DNA of 64,000 bases from an uncultured Thermodesulfobacteriota bacterium (GCA_964518865.1 CAZFIB010000008.1:8443-72442), one strand, 5' to 3'; counted from the stretch's first letter, positions 29,641-39,234 are shown. Numbers and translations are program-made. The notes: generated by a model not told the origin, from the letters alone.

Positions 29641-31542
29641 ATGGCTCAGCTGAGCGGCTACAAGCTGATCGGAAAAATCGGTGAGGGAGGAATGGCCACC
29701 GTATTCAAGGGCGTACAGGTATCCCTCAACCGGCCGGTGGCCATCAAGGTGCTTTCAAAAAAAATGCTCGACCACTCCGAGGTCAGGGAGCGGTTCGAGC
29801 GTGAGTCCGTCATTATCGCCCGCATCAATCATCCCAACATAATCCATGTCATCGACCGCGGCATTACCCCCAAGAACATGCCGTATTTTGTCATGGAATA
29901 TGTGGAGGGTATCGACCTCGCTTCGGTTATTCAGGAAAACAGGCTTGATTTCAACAGAAAGCTCGAGCTCTCGGTTCAAATATGCAAAGCACTTTCATAT
30001 GCCCACAAAAACGGCGTGATCCATCGGGACCTCAAGCCCGGCAACATCCTGATCGATGAAGAAGAAAATATTCGCATGCTCGACTTCGGAATCGCCCAGT
30101 TTTATGATGACGATGACAACGGCGGTGAAAAAACACGGCCCGGAATCGTTATGGGGACCCTGCCGTACATGTCTCCCGAACAGCAGGTGTCATCGGACTC
30201 GGTAACCGCGCTGAGCGATATTTTTTCGCTGGGCGTTGTCATGTATGAATTGTTTACGTTCCAAAAGCCTGTCGGGCGATTCAAGGACCCCTCGGTCCTG
30301 GACCCCCAAATACCCTCTGCTCTTGAAAAAATCATCCTGCAGTGCCTTGAACAGGAGCCCGAAAACAGACCGGTCTCCGCCGATGTTATCAAAGACGAGC
30401 TTCTCAAGCTGCTGCGCGGCGCTCATCTCGCCGAAGCCCAGAAAGAGCGCGCCAGCATGGGCATTACCAAAATACAGGATAAATTTTCTCTGCTCGACGT
30501 CATAAAAGACGACGATTACGGATCAGTGTATTTGTTCGAAGAAAAAACAGCCCACAACCTCCTCGTCATTCGAAAGCTGCTCAGCTTGAGTTCGGGATTC
30601 AAGGAAGCAAAGCTGCTAACCTCATTAAAACATAAAAACATCGTCGACATACTCGGTGTCTCAAAAAATGCAGAAGTTTTTATTATCGTCATGGAGTACC
30701 TGAGCGGCGGCAGCCTGAAAGACAGGCTCGTCAAACCGTATACGCTTCCCGCATTCCTGAAAACCGCCCGTGAAATATGCGAGGGCCTGTCGTTTGCTCA
30801 TAAAAACCGCGTCGTCCACGGCAACCTGCGCCCCAGCAACATACTGTTCAGCCAGTCCGGTCATGCAAAAATCGCCGATTTCGGCCTCAGCGAGCATTAC
30901 AGCGCATCGCAGGACGGCACAAACTGGTATAATGCCTACAATGAACCCCCGTCCGCAGCTGCGGACATTTTTGCCGCCGGTGTTATATTGTATCAGATGC
31001 TGACCTGCGCCCTGCCGCCCTGCATTACACAGGCAAAAGAGCACCCGGGACAGTTCGAGGCGCATGCGATTGAGCTGCAGGCAATGATCCTGAAGATGAT
31101 CGCCCGCAGCCCTGATGCGCGCTACCGGCACTTTGACGAAATACTGCTCGAACTCGATTCCGTCACATCCGCCGCGCTCGAGGCGGTGGCGCTCGAGGAT
31201 CAAACGCTGCTGGGACCGACAAAGCTGCTCGAGATAGATCAGGATGCCGAGGATGTGCCGTCCGGCAAAAAAAAATCGAGCTGGCAGAAAGCACGCCCGC
31301 TTCTTCTTCTGTTCATACTGGCGGCAACCGCACTGAATTACCTTATCTATACGGGAGAGCTTCAGACGTATCTCGACAGGCTGGCAGATTTCTGGCGAGA
31401 GGCAGTTGAGCCCTGCTTACGCGAAACCATACTTCCGGTCTGGGAGCGTTTCTGCGAAAAAGCAGGCGAATACAATGACACCACCCTGCAGCCGGCCCTG
31501 GAAAAAATGGCCCGCGGTCTTCGCCGGCTGCTCAATCGATAG
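29641..31542 (+). CDS. membrane-anchored tandem Ser/Thr protein kinase: active Hanks kinase domain followed by a degenerate pseudokinase domain
   Basis: Domain 1 has GKIGEGGMATVFKG, VAIK, HRDLKPGNILID, DFG and SPE. Domain 2 (residues about 280-520) has HGNLRPSNILF and DFG but no glycine loop. TM helix LLLLFILAATALNYLIY near the C-terminus. Confidence 0.75.
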   Translation: MAQLSGYKLIGKIGEGGMATVFKGVQVSLNRPVAIKVLSKKMLDHSEVRERFERESVIIARINHPNIIHVIDRGITPKNMPYFVMEYVEGIDLASVIQENRLDFNRKLELSVQICKALSYAHKNGVIHRDLKPGNILIDEEENIRMLDFGIAQFYDDDDNGGEKTRPGIVMGTLPYMSPEQQVSSDSVTALSDIFSLGVVMYELFTFQKPVGRFKDPSVLDPQIPSALEKIILQCLEQEPENRPVSADVIKDELLKLLRGAHLAEAQKERASMGITKIQDKFSLLDVIKDDDYGSVYLFEEKTAHNLLVIRKLLSLSSGFKEAKLLTSLKHKNIVDILGVSKNAEVFIIVMEYLSGGSLKDRLVKPYTLPAFLKTAREICEGLSFAHKNRVVHGNLRPSNILFSQSGHAKIADFGLSEHYSASQDGTNWYNAYNEPPSAAADIFAAGVILYQMLTCALPPCITQAKEHPGQFEAHAIELQAMILKMIARSPDARYRHFDEILLELDSVTSAALEAVALEDQTLLGPTKLLEIDQDAEDVPSGKKKSSWQKARPLLLLFILAATALNYLIYTGELQTYLDRLADFWREAVEPCLRETILPVWERFCEKAGEYNDTTLQPALEKMARGLRRLLNR

Positions 31543-31579
31543 CCGGTCGTACCGGTATCAGGGAAGGAAACGGATCACT

Positions 31580-32146
31580 ATGAGCAAACTTTTTAAATGC
31601 ATCATCATGGTACTTATCTCAGGAGGAATCATGGCTGCCGACAACAACGAGCGTGTCATCTTTGATTTTACCGACCCGTCGGAAGTCCGGCAATGGATTC
31701 CGGTTAACGACGTCGTTATGGGGGGCGTTTCACAAAGTACGTTTATTCAGGGAGAACCCTCAACAGCTGTTTTCAGCGGAACCGTTTCTCTTGAAAATTA
31801 CGGCGGCTTCTGCTCGGTAGGCACCCGCTCCTCCCGCCCCGACAACCTGAGCAGATACCGCGGTATCGCAGTCAGGCTAAAAACAGACGGCAAGCGTTAC
31901 AAGCTCACCATGAAAAACGACTCCTCCTTTTCCGGCTACTCCTACCAGTACCCTTTTACGGCCAAAGCGGATGTCTGGACCGTTATCAGGGCACCGTTTG
32001 ATTCATTCACCGCAAGCTTCAGGGGCCGCATGCTGCCGGACGCCGAGCCGCTGGACAGCGCATCGATTGCTGCCTTCGGGCTGCTGGTTTCCGACAAGCA
32101 GGCAGGCCCGTTCAAAATCATAATCGACTGGATTAAAGCATACTGA
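31580..32146 (+). CDS. CIA30-like (complex I intermediate-associated protein 30 fold) secreted protein
   Basis: Signal peptide MSKLFKCIIMVLISGGIMAA. FDFTDP...W..VNDVVMGGVS...F.G.VSLENYGGF is typical of the CIA30 family. Chosen start is ATG 31580. Confidence 0.55.
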   Translation: MSKLFKCIIMVLISGGIMAADNNERVIFDFTDPSEVRQWIPVNDVVMGGVSQSTFIQGEPSTAVFSGTVSLENYGGFCSVGTRSSRPDNLSRYRGIAVRLKTDGKRYKLTMKNDSSFSGYSYQYPFTAKADVWTVIRAPFDSFTASFRGRMLPDAEPLDSASIAAFGLLVSDKQAGPFKIIIDWIKAY

Positions 32147-32164
32147 TTAGCGGGGGGTTAGGTT

Positions 32165-33160
32165 ATGCGTGCACTAAAGGCGGACATGCCCGATATAGGC
32201 GGTCAGGCTTCTCGGAAAATCACCCTGGGCATAAGTACGTGCCTGCTCGGCCGGGATGTCAGGTACAACGGCGGTCACCAGCTTGACCGGTTCCTGACCG
32301 ACACTCTCGGCCGCTATGTAACCTATGTGCCGGTATGCCCGGAGGTGGAGTGCGGCATGAGCGTTCCGCGCGAAGCTCTGCGCCAGGTCGGCAGCCCGGA
32401 GGCCCCGCGGCTTGTAACCGTCAAATCGGGACGCGACTTTACCGACCAGATGACAACATGGGCGAAAAAGCGTGTGTGTGAGCTTGAGTCGGAAGGCCTG
32501 TGCGGCTTCATCTTCAAAAGCAAATCACCGAGCAGCGGCATGCAGCGCGTCAAGGTTTACAATCCCGATACCGGCATTCCTGCACATACCGGCGTCGGCA
32601 TGTTCGCCCGTATTTTCATGCAGCACTTTCCCCTGCTGCCGGTCGAGGAAGACGGCCGCCTGCACGACCCTGCGTTGCGAGAAAATTTTATCGAGCGCAT
32701 TTTCGTCTTCATGCGATGGCGGCACATGCGTGCCCTGCCGCAGCGTCCTGCCCGCTTGATAGATTTTCACACCCATCACAAGCTTCTCATTCTCTCACAC
32801 AGCCCGAAGCATTACCGCGAGATGGGAAAACTGACGGCGCACGTCAGGGAACTCGGCGTTCGCGCTGCCTGCAGCCGGTACGAGCAGCTTCTTATGGAAG
32901 CGCTGCAGCTGAAAGCCACCCAGAAAAAACATATCAATGTTTTGCAGCATATGATGGGTTATTTCAAGAAAGATCTCAGCAGGGATGAAAAGCAGGAGCT
33001 GCTCGAGGTTATTGACAGTTACCGCAGCGGATATGTTCCGCTGGTTGTTCCGCTTACACTTATCAAACACTATGTTCGCAAATACGATCAGCCCTACCTC
33101 ATGTCCCAGGTGTATCTGTCGCCGCACCCGATGGAGCTCAAGCTGCGCAACCATGTTTGA
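32165..33160 (+). CDS. DUF523 (TudS-like thiouracil desulfidase fold) fused to DUF1722 (YbgA-like)
   Basis: ITLGISTCLLGRDVRYNGGH...PVCPEVECGMS (DUF523 cysteines) followed by a DUF1722-like C-terminal half (LILSHSPKHYREMGKL...). Confidence 0.6.
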   Translation: MRALKADMPDIGGQASRKITLGISTCLLGRDVRYNGGHQLDRFLTDTLGRYVTYVPVCPEVECGMSVPREALRQVGSPEAPRLVTVKSGRDFTDQMTTWAKKRVCELESEGLCGFIFKSKSPSSGMQRVKVYNPDTGIPAHTGVGMFARIFMQHFPLLPVEEDGRLHDPALRENFIERIFVFMRWRHMRALPQRPARLIDFHTHHKLLILSHSPKHYREMGKLTAHVRELGVRAACSRYEQLLMEALQLKATQKKHINVLQHMMGYFKKDLSRDEKQELLEVIDSYRSGYVPLVVPLTLIKHYVRKYDQPYLMSQVYLSPHPMELKLRNHV

Positions 33161-33188
33161 AACACTATTCTGAGAAGGAACCGTTACT

Positions 33189-33653
33189 ATGCAAGACAGC
33201 ATCGAAGTACGGACAATCATTCGGCAGCTGCTTGAAAGCCAGAAGCTTGCCACCCTTGCTACTCAATCGGCTGAGTCGCCCTACTGCAATATTGTTGCGT
33301 TCTCCCACAGCGGCGACCTGAAAACGCTGTACTTTGCAACGCCCCGGACGACGAAAAAATACGGCAACCTCCAGCACAACCCCAATGTATCGGTTTTAAT
33401 CGACAACCGGGAATCCCTTGGCGGCGACTTCACGACAGGCCTGGCAGTGACCGCCATCGGCCGCGTAACCGAGCTTTTTCCGCCCGCAGACGCCGACTGT
33501 CGGCGGCTGCATGCCGACAGGCACACAAGCATAGCCGATTTTATCCTCTCACCCGATTGCGCCCTCATGCAGATTGTGATCGAGCAGTATATTGTCGTGC
33601 GGAATATCAGTGAGACTGCGGTGTATGAAACGTCTTCACGCCCCGGCGCTTAG
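33189..33653 (+). CDS. pyridoxamine 5'-phosphate oxidase-like FMN-binding split-barrel protein
   Basis: IIRQLLESQKLATLATQSAESPYCNIVAFSHSGDLKTLYFATPRTTKKYGNLQHNPNVSVLID is the PNPOx-like pattern. RBS GAGAAGGAA. Confidence 0.65.
   Translation: MQDSIEVRTIIRQLLESQKLATLATQSAESPYCNIVAFSHSGDLKTLYFATPRTTKKYGNLQHNPNVSVLIDNRESLGGDFTTGLAVTAIGRVTELFPPADADCRRLHADRHTSIADFILSPDCALMQIVIEQYIVVRNISETAVYETSSRPGA
33500..33648. repeat. copy 1 of a 149-bp exact direct repeat (3' end of the PNPOx-like gene); copy 2 at 38790-38938
   Basis: Identical sequence from TCGGCGGCTGCATGCCGACAGG to CACGCCCCGGCG at both sites. Confidence 0.85.
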
Positions 33654-34091
33654 CGTTTACGACATGACAATCGACCAAAATCCTTGGTGCAAGCCGGCAT
33701 GAATACGCTGGTGCATAAGTACACACAGACCAGAAAGTACTTTCGTACCCGCGGGATATGTCCGGCGGTTTGATTGCAGATCACGTGCTGGACACGCGCG
33801 GGTTGTCCCGACAGCATTGTCGAGGTTTTGTCCGGCCCACAGTACGTTTCAGCATCAGGTCCGTGTCCGGCTTTTTGAACCCTTTTGTTTGTGAAGCTGC
33901 AATGAGGCACACGATAAAAATCATTAACCGGAAAAAGTGCCGGATTGTATGTCAAACAGCTCTACCATGCTCATGCAGAAAACTGCATATGCGTGCAGGC
34001 GGCGCTTGCGACTCTGCGCAAGTGATGGATTGAATCTCCATTTTTTACGCATATACTATACGTAATAAAGCATTGCCAGAAAGGGAACCCT

Positions 34092-34771
34092 TATGAAAAC
34101 CGCAACAGTCGGTGAAATCCATAAAAACTTTGCAGGAATACTGCGAAAGATCAAGGCTGGAGAAGAGATCCAGATTACCAAACGCGGCAGACCTGTCCCG
34201 AAGCTGACGACACTTGATCCTAAAAAAAAATTGATTGGCCTGATTTTCACAAAGATGCCCTGCGCTTGAACGGCACCTCGGTAACCGATCTGGTTATCGA
34301 GTCCAGGCAGGACAGGTTCTAATAATGATTTATGTCGATACCAGCGTTATTATCAAGCTGTATATACAGAAAAAATATACTCTGGAGGCATCTAGTGGCT
34401 GAAAAAAAATAACGAACCTATACCATTATCGCGTTTTCATGATCTTGAATTCTGCAATGCACTCCACCTCAAAAAGTTCAGAGGGGAAATATCACGTGAA
34501 GATAGCAAGCTGATTTTAATGAAATATAATAGCCATGAAAGCAGCGGTGTTTTCTACCGACCCCGAATCAGCTGGGCGGGACACCTTTGATTATGCAATC
34601 GATATATCAGAACAACAGACTGAAAAAACCGGTGCCCGTTCACTGAACATAGTGCATGTCGCCTCTGCGCTGGCAATCAAGGCTGACCGGTTTTTAACAG
34701 CCGATGCGCGACAGTCAAAAATCGCAACCCGTGCAGCCTTAAAAACAGTAAAATGGATATCCGGATACTGA
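34092..34771 (+). pseudogene. decayed Phd/YefM-type antitoxin plus PIN-toxin pair (multiple frameshifts at A-homopolymers)
   Basis: MKTATVGEIHKNFAGILRKIKAGEEIQITKRGRPVPK then frame breaks near 34198 and in the A9 tract 34222-34230. PIN N-terminus MIYVDTSVIIKLY (ATG 34325) stops after 25 codons. PIN C-terminus (VHVASALAIKADRFLTAD) is in another frame at 34535-34771. Confidence 0.55.
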
Positions 34772-34787
34772 CAGGACAACGTACCGG

Positions 34788-36020
34788 CTAGTATTCATCC
34801 GCACCGATATCGTATCCGCCGCCGCGCGGGCGCTCTTCACAGTCATAATCCATCACAACATCAGTCAGCGCGGCTCCCCGGTCGACAATATCGCCGGCAG
34901 GCTCTGCAAGATGCAGATCCCCGGACTGAGCATCGACAAACAGCGTCGCCGTTGCCCCGGTACAGTTGTTTGCAAGCTCCGCGGATGCGCCGTCACGCTC
35001 GGCTATAGCCATGCTGGTAAGATTATTGACAATCGATATGCCGGTGCTGCCGCTGAAGCGGTATTCTATGGAATTGCCGTAGTTTTCAGTAAAAACCGTA
35101 TTGTTGTATACCGAAGCATCGCGTGCATTCTCAAGCGCTATGCCCGCATCACGTGTGGTGCAAACCATATTGTTTCTGATCATGCCCCCGATATGCCCCC
35201 TGTCTCCCAGCCCGAACCCGATACCCCGGTCGCAGTCGACAATACGGTTGTTCTCGACGGCGGTGCCCTCGGCATCGGACCAGAAATGAATTGCAAACTC
35301 GGCAAGGTCTTCTTCAGGACTGCGGATACCCCGGAAGGTGCAGCTGCGCACTATCCAGTCCCGGCACCGGTGACAGTCGACACCGCCGATATAATACTGC
35401 GGGCCCATGCCGGCCGAATATTCAAATGTGCAGCACGCGACAATGCCTCCATCGGAACGAATCGCAGATCCCGGCGCATAGGATATTTTCAGCATCTGCT
35501 CATTCGTGTCGACGAAGCGCAGGTTATATAAATAGGGGTTGTCGGCATCTTCTTCGCCGTGTATCTGGACGGCATGATTGGCAACCCATCCCAGGGTCAT
35601 ATCCGCTGCGGTAAACCGATCACCGGCAACATTAAAGATATATCCGACAGTGCCGTCCATGCCCTGCCCTCGGATGATAACTGCATCGCACTCACCGGAA
35701 GCGCTTCGAACGGTTACGTCATCGCCGCTGATCCAGAGCATTTCGTTCAGTGTGTAGGTGCCGTCCTGCAGCAGGACCGTCAGGCCGCCAGCGGCATTGG
35801 CCTGTTCGACTGCAGCGCGAAGCTCCTCGACCGTACCGACGGTAACGACAGGACCTTCGGCGGGCGGCAGGGGATCGCATCCGCAGCCGGCGGCGGCGAT
35901 AACGGCTGTCGTTGTCGTCGTGCCGTTGTCATCCGGCTCGCCGCTGTCGCATCCCAGCGAAAAACAAAACATACAGATAACGGCAATTATCATTACAGGT
36001 GTTCTGGAACGGCGCTTCAT
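34788..36020 (-). CDS. lipoprotein with right-handed parallel beta-helix (pectin-lyase fold) repeats
   Basis: Lipobox FSLGC. Repeated NN.I...G-type coils (IVNNLTS, VYNNTVF, IRNNMVCTT). 410 aa. Confidence 0.6.
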   Translation of the reverse strand: MKRRSRTPVMIIAVICMFCFSLGCDSGEPDDNGTTTTTAVIAAAGCGCDPLPPAEGPVVTVGTVEELRAAVEQANAAGGLTVLLQDGTYTLNEMLWISGDDVTVRSASGECDAVIIRGQGMDGTVGYIFNVAGDRFTAADMTLGWVANHAVQIHGEEDADNPYLYNLRFVDTNEQMLKISYAPGSAIRSDGGIVACCTFEYSAGMGPQYYIGGVDCHRCRDWIVRSCTFRGIRSPEEDLAEFAIHFWSDAEGTAVENNRIVDCDRGIGFGLGDRGHIGGMIRNNMVCTTRDAGIALENARDASVYNNTVFTENYGNSIEYRFSGSTGISIVNNLTSMAIAERDGASAELANNCTGATATLFVDAQSGDLHLAEPAGDIVDRGAALTDVVMDYDCEERPRGGGYDIGADEY

Positions 36021-36104
36021 ACATATACCTCGTTGTGCATGCTGAGCTGTCTGTTTTTTTGTGAAGCCCTCTGTGAACGAAACCGGGCGGCCCTTCGATC
36101 TTTT

Positions 36105-36599
36105 TTATTCCGCAGCTGCTTGCAGCATTTCCATAATATCACGGCGGTGATACTGCTCGGCGTACATATACGCGCCTGCCGTATCGGTTGCGCCGGCATT
36201 CAGCAGAAGAAGGACCGTGTCTGCATGCCCGCCGGCGGCTGCAGCACTGAGAGCGGAGAGATGCAAGCTGTTTTCTTTCACATTCACGTCCGCCCCCTTA
36301 CTGATTAAATAGTTCACCACATCGGCATGCCCGCCGGTTGCTGCATGAATGAGGGGTGTGCTTCCGCTGAGGTCCTTTTTGTTGACATCGAGTCCTTTCT
36401 CTACGAGGTTCTTTACTTGTGCAAAATCTCCTATTGATGCGGCTCCCCAGAGCTCCAGATACAGGGCATCATTGTTTCCGCAGGCCGCAAGGCAGAAAAG
36501 TATCGTGAGCACAATGAGAAACAGCCCTGTTTTATTTGGCCGCACTCCAAAACCGCTGACGCAAGTGTTCAGAATAACTTGTTTTTTACGAAAATTCAT
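36105..36599 (-). CDS. secreted ankyrin-repeat protein
   Basis: Signal/lipobox LFCLAAC. Ankyrin motifs GSTPLIHAATGGHADVVNYLISKGADVN and LSAAAAGGHADTVLLLLNAGA. Confidence 0.65.
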   Translation of the reverse strand: MNFRKKQVILNTCVSGFGVRPNKTGLFLIVLTILFCLAACGNNDALYLELWGAASIGDFAQVKNLVEKGLDVNKKDLSGSTPLIHAATGGHADVVNYLISKGADVNVKENSLHLSALSAAAAGGHADTVLLLLNAGATDTAGAYMYAEQYHRRDIMEMLQAAAE

Positions 36600-37539
36600 A
36601 TGAGATTCTCCCTTTGTTCATGAGTCTCAATTCAATCAGGGCGCACAGTCCCATGCCCATCAAAAAAGCACTGCCGTAATAGATGAGAAAACATTTCAAA
36701 ACAGAGCTGACTATGTGCGGCAGACCGCCTCCGGCGCCGATCACATAGGTGCCGAAATCATCTGACGACCACTTTTGAGCAATCAGACAGGCAACGGGCG
36801 CCCACACGAGAATCGCTCGAAGGGTAAAGCTCATAAAAGAGGTGTGCGAATCGCTGAAAACTCCTTTCAGAGAAGCTTTTATGCCGGAGAGCCCGAAAAA
36901 AATCATTGCTGCATACAGCATAATCATGCTCCAGTTTCTCCAGGCATTGCCGGCAGCCACGAGCTGTATTGACAGTAAGGCGGCAAGAAAAAAACCGCCG
37001 ATTCCGGATAACAGTTTTATAAAGGTGTTGTTTTCATATGTTTTCCCCAAGTGGTTTGCCGAAGCGATTAACGCACCCGCAACGATCACGATGAGCATCA
37101 GAAAGCCTCCGGCAGCGGTGGGCGGAACAAAAATCAGGCCCAGTATTTCAGCTTCCCTGATATATATGACCATGAGCAAAACCAGCATCGCTGCACCGGT
37201 CGCCAGCATGCAGACCAGCCTGAGCGTAAGGTTATGCTGCCGTGCGTTAATCAAAGTAATGCCTCCCGACACAAGGGGGAGAAGGCCCCATAAAATCGAC
37301 TTTCCGTTTGAAACCGTGGCCGCAGCTGCAACAGTTGCCGGTTCATGTAATCCGAATCCCATAATCTGCCAGGGCCACATAATCACAGAAGAGCCGAAAA
37401 GCATGCTCGGCTTCAACAGGGGCACACAAAAACCGGCAAGCAGCATCGTGGAAAACAGGTATGCTCCTTGCCGGGTCCATCTGTCCAATTCTGCAGGATT
37501 TTTCCCGGAAATATTCTCCACTTGAAGCTCTGTTTTCAT
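36586..37539 (-). CDS. polytopic inner-membrane protein (hypothetical, about 9 TM)
   Basis: 317 aa dominated by hydrophobic helices. No recognisable motif. Confidence 0.45.
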   Translation of the reverse strand: MKTELQVENISGKNPAELDRWTRQGAYLFSTMLLAGFCVPLLKPSMLFGSSVIMWPWQIMGFGLHEPATVAAAATVSNGKSILWGLLPLVSGGITLINARQHNLTLRLVCMLATGAAMLVLLMVIYIREAEILGLIFVPPTAAGGFLMLIVIVAGALIASANHLGKTYENNTFIKLLSGIGGFFLAALLSIQLVAAGNAWRNWSMIMLYAAMIFFGLSGIKASLKGVFSDSHTSFMSFTLRAILVWAPVACLIAQKWSSDDFGTYVIGAGGGLPHIVSSVLKCFLIYYGSAFLMGMGLCALIELRLMNKGRISYEFS

Positions 37540-37613
37540 CGACAGATTATACCGTTATCGAACAGATAGTTATCCATCTGCTGGTTCTCATAAAATTGAC
37601 AAGTTCGTGAGGG

Positions 37614-38033
37614 TTAATACTGCTGCACAATAGTCGTCCATTCCTTACCCTCAGTATCATGCATGCCTTCTTTTGACCGAATTGCATTATCCTCACTTAC
37701 ATAGAAAGAGCGTGTGCCGCTTTCCCTGCTTAACGGAACGGCATAGCATTCCCATCCGCTTTCCGTTTGTGCATATTCGTATCTGAACGTGTGCACTTCA
37801 GGCAGAACGCTGCCGGAAACCCCCAGAGCTTCCCTCATTGATTCAATCGTTTCGGGATATGCATGATTCTTTTCCCTATAGGTTTTCACTTGAGCGCGAA
37901 TACCCATTAATTCGCTGACTGCGTAGGATTCATTTACTGACTGCTGCGGGTCGGCGGTTTCTTTTTTATTGCACCCGCACATGAAAACAGCCAGAAAAAC
38001 AATAAACAGAAAGGTATATTTTTCATTGTACAT
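37614..38033 (-). CDS. hypothetical lipoprotein
   Basis: Lipobox VFMCGC; 139 aa. Confidence 0.5.
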   Translation of the reverse strand: MYNEKYTFLFIVFLAVFMCGCNKKETADPQQSVNESYAVSELMGIRAQVKTYREKNHAYPETIESMREALGVSGSVLPEVHTFRYEYAQTESGWECYAVPLSRESGTRSFYVSEDNAIRSKEGMHDTEGKEWTTIVQQY

Positions 38034-38184
38034 GGTCCATACTCCTTGTGATATCTATCTTTCAGCAATATATCTGCTCACGTAATAAAGAGAATCAGAA
38101 ATCCGGGAGAAAAACCTCTCCGGCATCCCCTCACCTGAAGAAGCTGCGGGCATGCCGTTAAAAAAAACAAAAAGCAGCATGAAA

Positions 38185-38272
38185 TCCTTTCATGATTTTT
38201 GCCCCGGCCCCAACTGCAGTGCATGTTTTTACTATAGTATATATAGCATGCAGAAAACAAGGCGCGATATTT
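38185..38272. repeat. about 88-bp copy of a leader/start element (roughly 80% identical to 41765-41851), including a relic start codon MKGFHAAFCFF*
   Basis: TTCATGATTTTTGCCCC..AACTG..GTG...TTTTTACTATAGTATATATAGCATGCAGAAAACAAGGCGCGATATT aligns with the region upstream of the peptidase gene. Confidence 0.55.
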
Positions 38273-38460
38273 TTGTCGGACAATCCTTCACCTTCTGAGA
38301 CCATGTATGCACGTACCTGTCATGACCCTGCACGCGAGAGATATGCTGCGTATGCCGCCAGGGTAATCTGCAGGCTGTTCCCACATCCCTATTGAAAGCC
38401 TGCTCGAAAAGTCCTTCGACCGGCATCTGCCACCGGCAATTCCCGGGCTGTTTGAAGGTA

Positions 38461-38781
38461 TCATCGGGATCCGGGCTGCCATTCGCTCAGCATCCGGTGC
38501 GTCAGCGAAAGGTCAGCCGGATGCTCATACATGTCTCCGTCCGGTGTCATCCCCCGGATTCTGCCGTCGTGCAGAAAACGGCTCAGTAGAATCTGTCCCT
38601 TTTCCATCCGCCCCTCATGGCGTGCAGCATCCATGCAGACGTACGGCTGCGGAGCCGGCATCGGTATATGTTTGTTTTCGAGCTCCTTTGCGAAATTGAT
38701 AATACGGCTCAGCCGCAGCAGTGTTGCCGCCTGCATGCGGGTGTTGGTATGACTTATCGGCAGTGCGCTCGAGCGCATCAG
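38461..38781 (-). CDS. hypothetical protein
   Basis: 106-117 aa ORF abutting the 149-bp repeat copy. No motif recognised. Confidence 0.3.
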   Translation of the reverse strand: MMRSSALPISHTNTRMQAATLLRLSRIINFAKELENKHIPMPAPQPYVCMDAARHEGRMEKGQILLSRFLHDGRIRGMTPDGDMYEHPADLSLTHRMLSEWQPGSR

Positions 38782-38789
38782 GGAAAGCT

Positions 38790-38938
38790 TCGGCGGCTGC
38801 ATGCCGACAGGCACACAAGCATAGCCGATTTTATCCTCTCACCCGATTGCGCCCTCATGCAGATTGTGATCGAGCAGTATATTGTCGTGCGGAATATCAG
38901 TGAGACTGCGGTGTATGAAACGTCTTCACGCCCCGGCG
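38790..38938. repeat. copy 2 of the 149-bp direct repeat (3' fragment of the PNPOx-like gene), producing a chimeric ORF 38617-38958
   Basis: Exact match to 33500-33648. The translated fragment RRLHADRHTSIADFILSPDCALMQIVIEQYIVVRNISETAVYETSSRPG is identical to the PNPOx C-terminus. Confidence 0.85.
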
Positions 38939-39006
38939 GGCAGCCGTTGCGGGATTGAAATCAAAAAAACTTACAGACCGCCGGGTGCGTCGTACGCACA
39001 GGTCAG

Positions 39007-39234
39007 CTATTCTTTCGTGTAGGTAAACCACTGCATTGAGTTGCATTCCGGGCACTTCCCGAGTGTCTTTTTCCCGGTCCTGGTTGCCTTGTACCGGATG
39101 CCGCCGGCATCCCAGACAGATATTTTCCAGCCGCACGGGCACAGCAGGAACCACGTCCTGGATTCTGCTTCGATGCGGGAGAACAGACTCTTGGGAATCA
39201 GCGTTTTAACGAATCGTTGCAGGCGGCTCATCAA
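39007..39234 (-). CDS. small zinc-ribbon protein (hypothetical)
   Basis: 75 aa with CPCGW...CPEC cysteine pairs. Confidence 0.4.
   Translation of the reverse strand: MMSRLQRFVKTLIPKSLFSRIEAESRTWFLLCPCGWKISVWDAGGIRYKATRTGKKTLGKCPECNSMQWFTYTKE

Noticed and set aside
33650-33955. 101-aa minus-strand ORF just after the PNPOx gene
   Set aside because: No start context, Cys/Arg-rich low-complexity translation, and lies in the att-like junction region. Probably non-coding.
38192-38395. plus-strand ORFs 38192-38395 and 41771-42025 with similar N-termini (MIFAP..)
   Set aside because: The similarity is a by-product of the about 88-bp repeat read in the wrong strand. The real genes are on the minus strand.
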